DNA of 62,663 nucleotides from Perkinsus olseni (Eukaryota): NCBI GenBank assembly GCA_013115125.1, contig JABANN010000143.1, positions 1 to 62,663 of the forward strand, read 5' to 3'. Shown piece by piece: positions 13,601 to 25,324 of this stretch (position 1 is its first letter; each line of letters starts with the position of its first letter). The notes under the pieces were generated by a model. It saw only the letters and a program-made list of their open reading frames with translations, ran no database searches and was not told where the DNA came from. The position numbers and the translations under genes were made by a program.

Positions 13601-15576
13601 GGGCGATTTTAGGTACTGTATTTGTCGAAATTCACGAACCGGTATAAGGGATCGAAGTTGGAGAGGTCTCGGGAGTTGTTCGATCATGCCTTGGCTCACT
13701 GCCCGGCTAAATACTGTCGGATGATGTATGTGTGTATAGCGACGTATCTTAGGTTGATGATGGTATGATACGAGTAGGTATCAAATGTATGCACAGTTTG
13801 AAGAAAGATACGGCCTGGCGAAGGAATCTTTGAAGATTCTCCATCGTGGCGTGGCGAAGGTCGAGAAGAACGAGCGTGTGCGGATGTAAGATACCTCCAC
13901 CGTCCCTGCTTTGGACGATCAATAATATTCTACCAGTTCATCACAATTTTCGCTTTCTTCGGACTATCTCTCAGAATGGGAGGGAATCCCGTTTGCCTGA
14001 AGTATAACTCGTACTGTGTAAAATTTTTGACGCTCGTACTGTAGGAGCGTCAAAAATTTTACTGTGTGACCGCTTCTTCCGAGAAAAATATTTCAATGGC
14101 GTCGTGTATCTTCTTCTCCTCCCCACGCTTATCCGAAAATAGAGTTTTTTTCCGGAAAATTTTCTCGAATTTTTCCGGGTGAATACAGTGCTCCAAATAA
14201 TCTTAGAATATTTCCAAAAAATGAGATTTCTCTGTAGCAAGCAGAGCACTACAGCGTGATATCCTTGGCAGTGCGCAATAGGATTCGAATGAAATCAGCA
14301 ACTTGCGGAAGATTCTTATGCCATTTTGATCGTGGTGATGATGAGCAGGTACAACCTGCTGCTCGCGAAGACTGTGGACCTCCTAGGAGCACCGGCCACA
14401 AGGCCGATCTACGAGGAGGCGATAGGTTCGTCTGTGGATGGCCGGAGTGCGTCGGATGGTATCTTTCGTTTCTTAGCAACCCTTGATGATGATCGTCAGA
14501 TCGTGCGGATGTGCTTACAGTAAGTCTTCGTGGTGATTCGGTTCTGGGAGGGTATCTTTCGGGTTGGGGATTCTGGTTAGTTATCTCGAGGTTGAGAATC
14601 TTATGTTGAACCTTGCATGATACAGGTTTGGTATGGAAATTGCGAAATATAGGGCGAAATGGTCGCCCGAAGAACGTATCTTTTCCCTGGATAAAACTCG
14701 ACCTTTTCTGTGATACACACGGATGCATTGGATACGCCCTGCTTCTCGAATGATTCCTCTGTGGCAGGTATAGTAACATCGAGAGAGCCATGGGGGAGAT
14801 AGACCGAGCTAGGGCGATACTCAAGCATTGTAGCCAATACTGCGACCCTGGTGAGGTATCTTTTTCTCTGTGATAGCCCATGATCAACCTCCAGGTAAGG
14901 AGAAGTCCGAGGAGTACATTGGTAACTTCTGGAACGAGTGGAGAGAATTCGAGCTCACCTACGGCAACGCGGATACGTAAGATACTCCCCTCCTCGGGCG
15001 TATCTTAGGTCGACCCGTGCAGATACCGAGAATTACGACGTATCTGGCGAAGCGTTATGGCGCAGTATTCAAGACAGCACTTCAACGCCACGGATATTAG
15101 TCATCAAATTACGGAGCAGATGGAAAGGGACAAGGCGGAAGGAGATGATAATGACGACGAGGTGGCTGAGGCAAGACAGCCGGTCTCTTGTTCGACATTC
15201 TTTGTGTCAGGCTGACCCGATGGCAGCAGCGGAGAGACAGGCCGAGCGCAAAAGAGGTTCGATAATTCTTCGCGCTGCGGAGGAATCTTTGTTTTTCAGC
15301 TCGAGATGACGAGAGCAGTGGGGACTCTGTGGCGAAGCGGTTGAGGTTGCAGGAGGAGAAGCTGGACTTTATCGAGAGCTCGTCATTCACTGGAGAGAAG
15401 GAAGGCTTCTCCTTCAAGATGGGGGCTAGGGGATTGGGGTAAGGCCACCGCTGGAGGTATCTTAGGTTCACCCTTGCACATTATGTAGTTATTATCGCGA
15501 TCTTGGTGGGCTGCTCGCCTTGGAGACCTCCCGAGGAGGAGAGGATGAGGACATCGAGTTGTCAGAAGATCTTTGA
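10655..15576 (+). CDS. SYF1: Pre-mRNA splicing factor SYF1/XAB2 (HAT/TPR repeats), many introns
   Basis: [93 protein letters not shown] and [10 protein letters not shown] follow SYF1 in order. Confidence 0.95.
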
Positions 15577-16144
15577 GCGACTAATACAAACGTTTCCAAA
15601 CGTTATTTACCCGACTTGAGTTGGTCAGTAGTTTCGTCTACGAACTCGGACGGGCTCGGGCAGAAGCCTTTCGACCACACCCTCATCCGATAAACTCTTT
15701 GATGGCGGAGCGACGCACCACAGGCAGTCCAAGAGGTGTTATTACTGGTGATAGGCAACCTCCAAACTGAGCACGTGGAGGCTGGAATAGGAAGTGATGA
15801 CGGAAGATCGTATGGTCGACTAAGAGTTGCTAGTCTGCTGACTAAGACGTTCTCGGCGTCGGACTCGGGAAGGGGCGCTTCTTACAGTTCAACAACCACT
15901 GACGGTGGCGTTTTATGGGACAACGGTTGCACAGCAACCCTGATCTTCCGCATGCCCGTCGGAGATCTCAGGAGGACCGTAGCTCCTACTGCTACCTGCG
16001 CCTCTCTACTGCATCTCCGCTCTACCATCGTGATGATCTCAACTATTAAGTGAACTCAACAGCAGCAGTCATTAACGGATAACTCAGTTTATCTTTTTTT
16101 TGTTTTACAAAGGTGGTAGGAGATAACCATCAACAACAGAATCT

Positions 16145-16489
16145 CTAAGCTGAAGTAAACTTAGTGACAGCCTTCGTGCCCTCACTAACAGCATGCTTGG
16201 CCAACTCTCCCGGCAAGACCAGTCGAATGGCGGTCTGAATCTCCCTGCTGGAGAGCGTCCCCTTGTTGCTGTACTTGCACAGCTTGCTGGCCTCCGTCAT
16301 GATCCTGTCGAAAGTGTCGTTGACGAGGGAGTTCATAATCATCATACTCTTCTTAGAGATGCCGGTCTTGGGGTGAACTTGCTTCAGAACTTTGAAAATG
16401 TAACTGTTGAAGGTCTCCGAACGAGAGCGTCTCTTCTTCTTGATGTCCTTCGAGACAGCAGCGGCCGACTTCTTAGTGGGGGATGACAT
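16145..16489 (-). CDS. H2B: Histone H2B, intronless
   Basis: [30 protein letters not shown]...[34 protein letters not shown]. Confidence 0.99.
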   Translation of the reverse strand: MSSPTKKSAAAVSKDIKKKRRSRSETFNSYIFKVLKQVHPKTGISKKSMMIMNSLVNDTFDRIMTEASKLCKYSNKGTLSSREIQTAIRLVLPGELAKHAVSEGTKAVTKFTSA

Positions 16490-16979
16490 TACTACTTTGT
16501 CGTATCACAACTACTCAACTTTCAGGAAAAAATATCGGCATCAAAAACAGAAAATTCCGTAAAAACTACTGCGCAAAGTGAACTTATGGCAGATGGTATG
16601 AACTTCCTATAACCGATGAAAAATGAATTTGCCCAAGTTTACAATTTTCATCCTAATTTCAAATAATCGTAAAAAACTGAAATTTTCGCCGACAAGGGGG
16701 CGTAGTTAAATGTACTCTCATCACACTAAGAGAGTCGATAAATATTTTGATAGAATACGTTCCCGTCGAAGACCGAGACAAGTACGAACAAATCTTTGTT
16801 TCGCTTGTACATCGAAATGTTCACGATTTGCGAAAGTTGTGGTACTGTAAATAAGCACGAAAACAGACGACCGTCGAAGTGACCACCCCTCGAAATAAGA
16901 GTCCCCCCAATCAAAGCCAACCCGACTGCCAACGAAAGATTCTCCTTTCGATGATCATGAAACAACAGCAACGCACAGC

Positions 16980-18496
16980 TCAGAAGAGGCCCTTCGAATG
17001 CATGTGGAAAGCCCGGGCCCGCATCTTCCTCTCCCTCTTCGTTGTAAGGTACTCCATTCGAGTGTGCCGTACCGTCCTTCTGTTATCAACTCGTCCACAG
17101 CTTTCAAGAAGCTGATTAAAGATGTCCTCGCTGGGAATCGAACCAGGGACCTCACCTTGCGGAACTTCTCCGCTTTAGATTTGGCGTCCAGGAACGTACC
17201 CCCTTGCACTCGGAACAGACGATGTCTGGAAGTTGTGGTACGAAACCATCAAGAGACACCCGTCGCTCACCTTGGCCTCCCTTTCTCTGTCCAACCAACC
17301 CGCCAGCAGTTCATTCTCGGATAATACATCACCTCCGATACCGTACTGAAAACAGCCAATCGAGAGGGCCACCCGCTAGCTCCGAGACGGAGAGGAAAAA
17401 TCCGATCGCAAAAACCGAAAAAATGGGAATCAGAAAATTACCAACCAAAACGGCGAGTGTTCCTGATGACGAATTCCCTAGCCGGCTCCGTCTGATGGAG
17501 CAATCACAGAAACTATTACTGCGAATATGACTGTGGTGAACGAAGAATCTTTCTCTCTGCCAAAGACCACCTCGACCTACCTCATATCATATGGTATCTT
17601 ATCATGTTCAACATTATACCTTCGACGCTTCCAGAAATTTTCCGGTAGTAAATTGTACGGATAATCTGTGCCGCAAAATCGACCATCTCTCACAGTAGCG
17701 ATGAACTGTTGCAACCTGCACGCATGCACATGACGAGGTCGAAAGATTCCTCCCAGTATTACTGGTAATTTTTCGGAAAATATTTAGCAAACCCGTCCAC
17801 GACCGCCTCCCGCTCCGGCAGGGCTCTCCACGCTGACTGAATATGAGGATGCCTTGTTACCTTCGGATTTGGTGGTCGATACCTACACCGTCACGCGCCA
17901 CGAAATTCCAGCACGCATGCGCAAAGAAACCACCTCAAAAATTGGACTTCACCCGATACCAACCCTCCACCAAATCGTAGAGGAATTACCGGAGAATCCA
18001 CAGCAAGTACGAACGAGACGCCGGTCAACGATCCCATTCGACCATACACGAAAGTGAGGCCCAGATAATTATCGGGCGAGCGAGATTTGCGTAAATACAA
18101 TCCTTGCACGCATGCACAAGCTGACGATGGTAATTGTTAGTCCAGAACGGAGTGAAAAATTGGATCGAGAAATGCCCTGAGGTGATGATGATGAGAGAAA
18201 CGGTAGAAAGAGAGAGGAGAGACGCATCCAAGCTCGCTCTGCTATCTGTGTAAAACCGATCGGAATATCTTTAATTCCGTAATGAGCAAGCTCCAACCTA
18301 GCGGCGTGGATACCCAGGTAGGGACAGCCGACACAACACCCCTTAGCGAACCTCATTCTAAGACCCCCTCTTCCCATTACTACCATTTAAAGTAGCAGCC
18401 CGGTTTGACGATCAGGGTCCTTCTCTGGGGCAGCAACCCGACAGGCTGACAGGCCGCCTTTCGCCATCCGCCGATGAAGGAAGATAATAAAATCAT
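16980..18496 (-). CDS. Small spliced AP2 (ApiAP2-like) domain protein with a possible mitochondrial presequence; upstream exons only partly resolved
   Basis: Last three exons splice to TVSEVMYYPRMNCWRVGWTEKGRPR-HRLFRVQGGTFLDAKSKAEKFRK-LLESCGRVDNRRTVRHTRMEYLTTKRERKMRARAFHMHSKGLF*. Putative first exon MILLSSFIGGWRKAACQPVGLLPQRRTLIVK is basic with no acidic residues. Confidence 0.65.
17112..17155 (-). other. 44-nt intron consisting of a tRNA T-arm/B-box unit
   Basis: Minus strand GTGAGGTCCCTGGTTCGATTCCCAGCGAGGACATCTTTAATCAG; its removal restores KFRK-LLES. Confidence 0.8.
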
Positions 18497-18560
18497 CCAA
18501 ACAAAACTTGCTTCGCTCCGCTCGCCATGAACACAACACGACCAGTTGATAATTAAATCA

Positions 18561-21490
18561 CTACCAGAAACCCTCATCGTCCGATGGATGCTCATCACCA
18601 TCGACTTGAGAAATTTTGGGGAAAAGTTTCAGAACGTTTCCAGTCGTCATTTCCGCCACTTCCTCCACACTCACATTCATCAGCTCCGCCAGGGCTTTGG
18701 CCACAGCGACCGTCCTGAGCGATAACAACGCATTCGACCCACCTAACGCCGTCAGAAAACCGTAATGTCTCTATCGACGCCCCTCAGCTGGTATTTAGTT
18801 TCATTGTTATGAGGCGAGGATGAGCCCGGGGTCACTGTGGAAGTTACCCCTAGGCGACAGAAAAAATTCCTAATCCCACCACCCAAGGTAGATCCTCGCC
18901 CTGTAAATCGAACGCGCTCAGTCTCGTCCCAATACCCGAACATTAAATGCCTCAGTTCCGGAAAGCCCCCTGCTCGCCCTACTACCCTGCAGGTTCCGTT
19001 TTCTTGGTTCCACTCAGACAATCAACGTCATAGTAATCATCATCACCTCTCATGTAGGGACAGTCTGTCTCCAACACTAGTCGGGAAAGGGGAAGGTAAC
19101 CGCAGGAGACCAGCGACCGAATCGAAGCCCCTCTTTCGCGCATACAAAGATACCTGCGAGGATTTGTCAAACGACCAAGGATGATAAAGATGTCCTGAAT
19201 TTTCATGTTATAATCATATACGCACGTATGCTTATAAGCCGCAGAGCCGAAAGAGCGATAGAACAGGACACTGTAATTTTGACAGCCGTGGGAATCGAAC
19301 CTGGGACCTTCATTTTTCATGGAACTTTGCCAGCGCAGGCTCCACCCCTTCGTCGCGAAGGCCTAGTTATATATTGAATTTGACTACCCAGTACTCTACT
19401 ACTTGACATTTTCACTCCATTATCTTCGAATTCTTCACTTGGTGAACTTATTTTCCATTTACATTCTAGCCATTTGAGCGCTTCCAGCCCGATGGTAGGG
19501 AGCGGATAACAATCACTACTCCCCTCTACTACCCTGTCAAACCTATCCAGTACCCTTTCTGCATGTATTCCTGTGCCACTTGCCGGCTGCCAGTAAAACA
19601 GTGGAAAACAGCGAGCTTCGGATCAATACGATGCTTGGATAAGATACGCAACTGAACAGCAAGAAAAGTGTCACTGCGCCACGAAATTACCCTGCCTTGT
19701 CGACTCACGCAGTCTTGGTCGGACCCCAGAGGCCCTCCTCCCCGTCCGCGGTCTCTCTCATGCAGGAACAAAGGCATGTGAAGCTCGGACGCTGAGGCAA
19801 CCTGAAATGCTACAACTAGCTTCGGAATTCGAAACAAGAACCATTCAATTCGACGGTACCAGCCAAAACCGGCAAGAATGATTTGGCGAGAAGATGATAA
19901 TCCGTGGACTGCAAGACGGCGAGCAGGCGAAGAACACCGTATGAAGAGGCAACACGGTAATTAATAGGAAGGTCATTTTGAATCCATGTCCAGGATTTCC
20001 ACACTCGAACAGAGGATTGCAGAGAGGCTGATATTCACAGCTAGAGGTGTCAGAAAATGTTACCCATTATGCGCCTATCTTCTCGGGTATGCGTCCGTCG
20101 CCGATTCCCTTCGAGGGAGTGAGCTCAGAAGGGAAAAAATAAACCTTTACACCTATCCCGAATTGAGCTTCGACGGAGAAGCAACAGAAACCCAGTACCC
20201 AGCATCACTTGCTTGTCAAACCAATCTAGTTGGCTTTCCCGAGTCGAGAACATTCTATCATAGTCAAGTCCACATTCTCCAATAGCCACACAGTACGGGG
20301 AGGCAGCGAGTTGTCGAAGCTCCGCGATGGTGTTCTAGCAAAGATGCATGGCGCCGGGATCGAACCGGGGACCTTTCGATTACTACCTCATCGCAGTTCT
20401 TGACTTCGTGAGGGTGCACACCCGCCGTGAAGAACAACTGCGGTCGATGAGCCTTATCGGAGCCCATCACCTCATCCACCCTCACACGACACAATTCTTC
20501 GGCCCATTTTGACCCTGAAAAGAGGTTCCCGCTGAGCTTCAGTAACGGCTGAGGAAACCGCAGCGGTCGAAGCGGAAAATCGAAATTTTGTTGCGCTAAG
20601 TTCCGATAGTCCAAAACCGAAAAAAGTGCTGAAATTATCGAAAACGCGCGATTTTCCAATCAAAATTTCACGCAATGATGCTGAGTAGAGGAAAAATCTT
20701 AATGAGTAATTTCAACAACAATCATGATTCCACGTCTAGGGCCCCTGAGAGCGACCAACCCATCGTGGGCCCTCCCGGTCTCATGGCCGGCCCCTCTGTG
20801 TGAAAAGGAAGCCAGTAGTACTGCTGCTTCAGTAGACTCTCAATGAGAACATGGCCGTCGCAACCCAAAAAATAAGACCATTACCATCCACTACTTCTCA
20901 CGCTGGTCCCGGTGACGACTATCCGCCTTACTCCGGCAGCCCAGCTTCTCCGCAACTGCTGCACCAACAAACCATCACTCAGTGTAGCGATGTTGGCACC
21001 TGAAATAAGAACCAATACCGCAAGAAGTTGGACCAGTCGAATACTCTCCAAACTGCTGACGCGATGGGTTTATTCTCCATGCTATTCGGGCTAGCATCGG
21101 GAATGTGCGACCATTCACTGCGCACCCTGGGAGCCTCTCCTGGATTCTATCCTCCGGCCCCAGTAAGTTATGAGGACGAAATTGAATTATCGGACAAACA
21201 GCACGTCACAGCAGCAACCCGATTGAAGCTTTCCTTATACAAAGTGCTGTACATGATATATTCGCCACGTCTCTCAGCGCAGAGGGCACCGACAGCAGTT
21301 ACTAATGACCAGTATTTTCCGATGGAAAAACAGTAAAACGTCCGAGAGTAGTACCAACGTCCACAAGGCCTTCATCAGTGCCCGACAGTCCCCACTTCCT
21401 CAGCTCATCTAATGCGGCCTCCGTAGCTGGGGAACTCCGATGGGAGGCCCTTCGCCGACCAGCTGACCCGAGCGACTTTACCGAAAGCAT
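18561..21490 (-). CDS. tatD: TatD-family nuclease, multi-exon
   Basis: LVDVG-ANI, AGVRRIVVTGTS, FFTAGVHPHEV, VAIGECGLDYDRMFS, PLFLHERD, VFHCFTG, IGLTG, LVLETDCPYM and VEEVAEMTTGNVLKLF. Confidence 0.95.
20335..20386 (-). other. 52-nt intron consisting of a tRNA-3'-half-like/B-box unit
   Basis: Minus strand GTAGTAATCGAAAGGTCCCCGGTTCGATCCCGGCGCCATGCATCTTTGCTAG, inside tatD (KNCDE-NTIAEL). Confidence 0.8.
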
Positions 21491-21681
21491 GCCGAAAAAC
21501 TAACAGATAGAGAAGTAACAGCAGCAGCAGCAGCAGCAGCCACTTTGTAGTAGACCGAGCTCACTGTCAGTGAGTCACTGTATAGCTAGAGGTGTCAGAA
21601 AAAGGGGCACGCGTTGGCATGCGTCCCCGCAGGCCTCAGTGCTATCGATAACTAATATCATCATACTCTTGCAGTTGGCAA

Positions 21682-22007
21682 TTTAATCAGTTCCCCAGCA
21701 CTTATACAGTCAACAGCTCTTATACGGCTCCTATGGCCTGTTGAAATTTCGGGCGCGTAATGAGCAGTTGAATGTGTGGTACTGCCTTCGAACTCAAAGC
21801 GAAAATGAAAGCACAAATTACAACACATCCCCACCGGTGATCACAATATGCCATCAAAAATTAATACCATGTTTTCCCAAGTAGCACTTTAATCAGTTCC
21901 ACGACATCTCGTCAACGACTCTTTGACGTCTGCTGCTGCTTGCGACTGTGGCGGGATAGGGACACGTAAAGAGTAATTGAATGTACGGTACTACCACCGA
22001 ACCCAAA
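21682..22007 (-). ncRNA. Candidate pair of homologous ~120-nt hairpin RNAs (21682-21798 and 21888-22007)
   Basis: Diverged tandem duplicate in which conserved blocks pair with each other, with a compensatory change (GCTC/GAGC vs ACTC/GAGT); G-U pairs favour the minus strand. Confidence 0.4.
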
Positions 22008-22059
22008 AAAAGTTGTAGTAAACATCACATCAACAACAAGATCATGATCAACATACTCT

Positions 22060-23000
22060 CATAACCAAGTCCATCTTAAATGATGAAAGCTTGTCAGATA
22101 CCATCACCTTACTTCGGAAACAGCGGACTGTTTTCCGTCCCCAGTCCCCATTTATCTTTCATGCCAATCAAGTACTGGCGCATCCACTGTTCACCCGCGT
22201 CATGCTCAGAACCAGGTCCTCGGTGCTTATTCACAATATGAGCAGCTACATCATCACAGGTCTCCTCGCTAACCTCATCTTCGATTAAACTCATGATCTC
22301 ATCGTACAAGGAACGGCAGAGATCTTGTTGGTCCAAGTTGCGCATCGTAGTCTGTTGAAAAGGATATCCTATGAAATCACCAACTGGAGGGATCCACTTC
22401 CTATAGTGAAGATCAATCATGTTATTCTTTCTGAGGATGTCATGATAACAAGGCCGATGATGATGATGATGATGATGCAGGTCTTACCGGAGCCCAATGG
22501 TGAAGGTTTCATGCCCACGCTTCGTCACCGCCTTCACCTCGCTCTCCTCGTCCAGGTCGGGCACGTTGTCGCTTACCTTACGAACTGTCACTTCCAACTC
22601 CGGGAATTTGATAAGACAAGTGTCAGTATAACTGCTCTTTGTGACGGTAACATTCCATCTCGGAGCCGCGACCTGAAACAAGATTATCATCATGATGATA
22701 TTCCTCACCGAAAGTTGATGCGCCCTGTTACCTCGGGAGAAGCCCGCAGAGCCATAGCCGAAGCTACAGCTGGCATCAAAAACGCGAAGGGGATGATAAA
22801 CATTAGGTCGAGGAAGATACCACTGACGAGACCGTTGTGAATAGAGGTAACCCACCCTTCGAGGGCGCTGATGATGCGACGTGATGAAGATTTGTGGAAC
22901 ACGTCGAGCCACTTTCGCTGATGATCGTCAGCTTCGGAGTGGCCGTTTTCCCGAGGGAACTTGAAAAACGCTCGAAAAATCGCCGAAAAAATGCAAGAAT
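22060..23000 (-). CDS. Spliced hypothetical protein (approximate limits)
   Basis: Open exon MIDLHYRKWIPPVGDF...ENSPLFPK followed by a GTAAG donor, plus upstream AG/GT-bounded exons. Confidence 0.4.
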
Positions 23001-24424
23001 TGCTGCCTTGTCGAGCCTTGGGAATTCCCACTGTTCCTCACCGGAGTCGCTGCCAGAACCGGAGATAAACCTGCCGACATGCTCTCTGAGGGGCCTATTT
23101 CATAAGCGCCTGACGGATGACTCTCACCTAGGGGGAGGGGTCTGAGTTAGGTAATCTAACCCTGATGACCACAAGACACCGTGTGGGCTCCGCACTGCGG
23201 GGATGTACCCCTCTGCTGTGCCATACCGGTGTATCGGGCGACATAGGACGCAACACATAGGAAAAGGTGTGCTAAGCCATGTAATTCATGGTGGAAGTGT
23301 CTCGTTTCAAGCACAGCGAAGCGCATCGCGTCTCGGAAAATCAGGGAAGGCTCTACTGAGCTTTGATAAAAGACGGCGGATGAGCGGCAGGATGGCAGCC
23401 CGAAAAAGTCGGCCGAGATGAGCGGGCGGTGATATCCCGGAGATTCCGTGTGGACTCTACAACGTGGAGGTAGTCATCCAAGATATTCAAGATGTACGCT
23501 CTGAGAGCATCCACCTCCAATACATTGGACGATAGTGAGATTCACTATCGTCGTCCAAAATACCAACAATTGTGGCAACGGGGAAAGACCTTGCGGAAGC
23601 GACGGTTCCTTACGACCAAAAGAAGCAGGCCTCCTAGAAATAGTGATCGAAATTTGAAGGTCGAACGAAATTGCTAAGATTGCCTCACCAGAAAAGAGGA
23701 AGCAATGGAGATGCAGTAGCGGAGTGAAAACCGCTACGTTAGCGATAAACAGGCGAATAAGAAAAATGACGAGGATGAAGATTCGTCCAATGATCGCCTC
23801 ACTTCCATACGATTGGACTCCAATTCTATGGAAGTGAGCCGACGATGGGCTGATGACTGTAGTGATGACCCATTTCGGATTAGGGGAATGGATCGCGAAC
23901 ATGTACACCCCTCCACAAATTCCTAGCATATCGGGTTCGACTCGTGCGCTGTCCCTTGTATGAGTACGGTACTGCAACTCAGGGACTCCCTGACAGGGAG
24001 GTATGCTTTTATGATTCGCAGAATATGACCTCGAAAATTCAGGACTTAACTCTTCGTAGTTACTGAGAACTCGAAAAGTCGAAAAATATTTTCTCCACAA
24101 ATTCTTAGCATACACGGCACAATATTGCGCCTTAGAATACCGAATTTTGCTGAGGAAGTATGTCTATAACCTCGCACCTGATCTAATGCCATACATCGAT
24201 GAAAAGAGCGTCTTCTAAAAAGGTATCCCTCCATGTTTCATCCCAATACTCACACTCCGCGGTGCGGATTGTGAAAGAGTATCTGACTGTATCTGGGAAT
24301 CCCGTCAATGAACCCAGTTCGATTTTGGTACGAAAATCAGGTAGCACTAACTCAGAACACTAAGCGTCTTTCTTCAACACACAGCACATCAAAATAGAAT
24401 GAACCTTTCACACCGAAGAGATTT

Positions 24425-25324
24425 TTACATCTTGGGTAGGTAGAACCACTCTGCAGAGAAGCCGTCGGCAGTCTCTCCTAGATGCAACCAAATCGCGTTG
24501 TGTCCGTCGGGTTCGACGGCTATGGTATCAAGCGTAAGTTTGGGAATATCTGTCATCCACCCCACGTTCGACACATCAAATTGGAAGTCAGCCAGATCGA
24601 GAGAATCCAGCGACTTCGTGTCAACTCGAAGAACTCTGTCGCCCTTCAAAGTCACGGGTCCCACACTTACCTTGCTGCCATCGAGAAGTGTAAACGTAAA
24701 CTGAGCTTCTAAGGCCTCACTCCCCTCACGGATAACTACCGTCGTGGTCAGGCAGCGACCCGGACGGCCGTGAATCTTGTAGGTCCCAGCTTGCACTCGA
24801 CCTGTGTCGGAGGCCTTCGCGGGAAAGACATCGTTCTTCTCGCGTTCAAGCACCAGATGGTACTTCCCAAGAGCCAGCGTAATCTTGGTGTCATCCTTCG
24901 GTTTTGGGTAAATCCTAAAATCTCCGAGGGAGTCAACATGCTTCGTTTGCAGTAAATCGGCCGCCCGATTCAACCACCCCACCAACTCAGTTTTATTTTC
25001 GACACTCCTGTCGTCAACAGTCTCGAAATCCACCGAGGAACCACCGAATTCTCCTGTATCCGGTTTCAAAGGGATTCTCGGTGCCTCCACCCAAGCGCCA
25101 GACTCATCCGTGGTGTATCGAAGCAGCGCTTGGGTCTTCAGTAGCTGCAGTTTACCCTTGCCAGTTTTGTAATATCCTTGATTGATGGTGACACAGAAGG
25201 TATCGAATGGTAGCTTAGGGTAGGGGAAGTGCGTCTTGTTGTGGCAATAGGTCCCTCGTAGCTCCGTACCCAGTGTACCTCCAATGTTCATCGCAAGGAT
25301 AGTCAGAAGGTGACGAGTGAACAT
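24425..25324 (-). CDS. Intronless lineage-specific secreted protein, 299 aa
   Basis: Long ORF with a hydrophobic N-terminus (MFTRHLLTILAMNIGGTLG) followed by GTYCH; two predicted beta-rich halves. Confidence 0.75.
   Translation of the reverse strand: MFTRHLLTILAMNIGGTLGTELRGTYCHNKTHFPYPKLPFDTFCVTINQGYYKTGKGKLQLLKTQALLRYTTDESGAWVEAPRIPLKPDTGEFGGSSVDFETVDDRSVENKTELVGWLNRAADLLQTKHVDSLGDFRIYPKPKDDTKITLALGKYHLVLEREKNDVFPAKASDTGRVQAGTYKIHGRPGRCLTTTVVIREGSEALEAQFTFTLLDGSKVSVGPVTLKGDRVLRVDTKSLDSLDLADFQFDVSNVGWMTDIPKLTLDTIAVEPDGHNAIWLHLGETADGFSAEWFYLPKM

Noticed and set aside
16726-16971. 81-aa minus ORF with a faint resemblance to a tRNA-splicing endonuclease C-terminus
   Set aside because: The spliced AP2 gene stops at 16980 in another frame, so this is probably 3' UTR; catalytic motifs are absent
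23474-24115. 213-aa minus ORF and overlapping plus-strand fragments
   Set aside because: No recognisable domain; plus-strand frames are interrupted, so at most a decayed remnant
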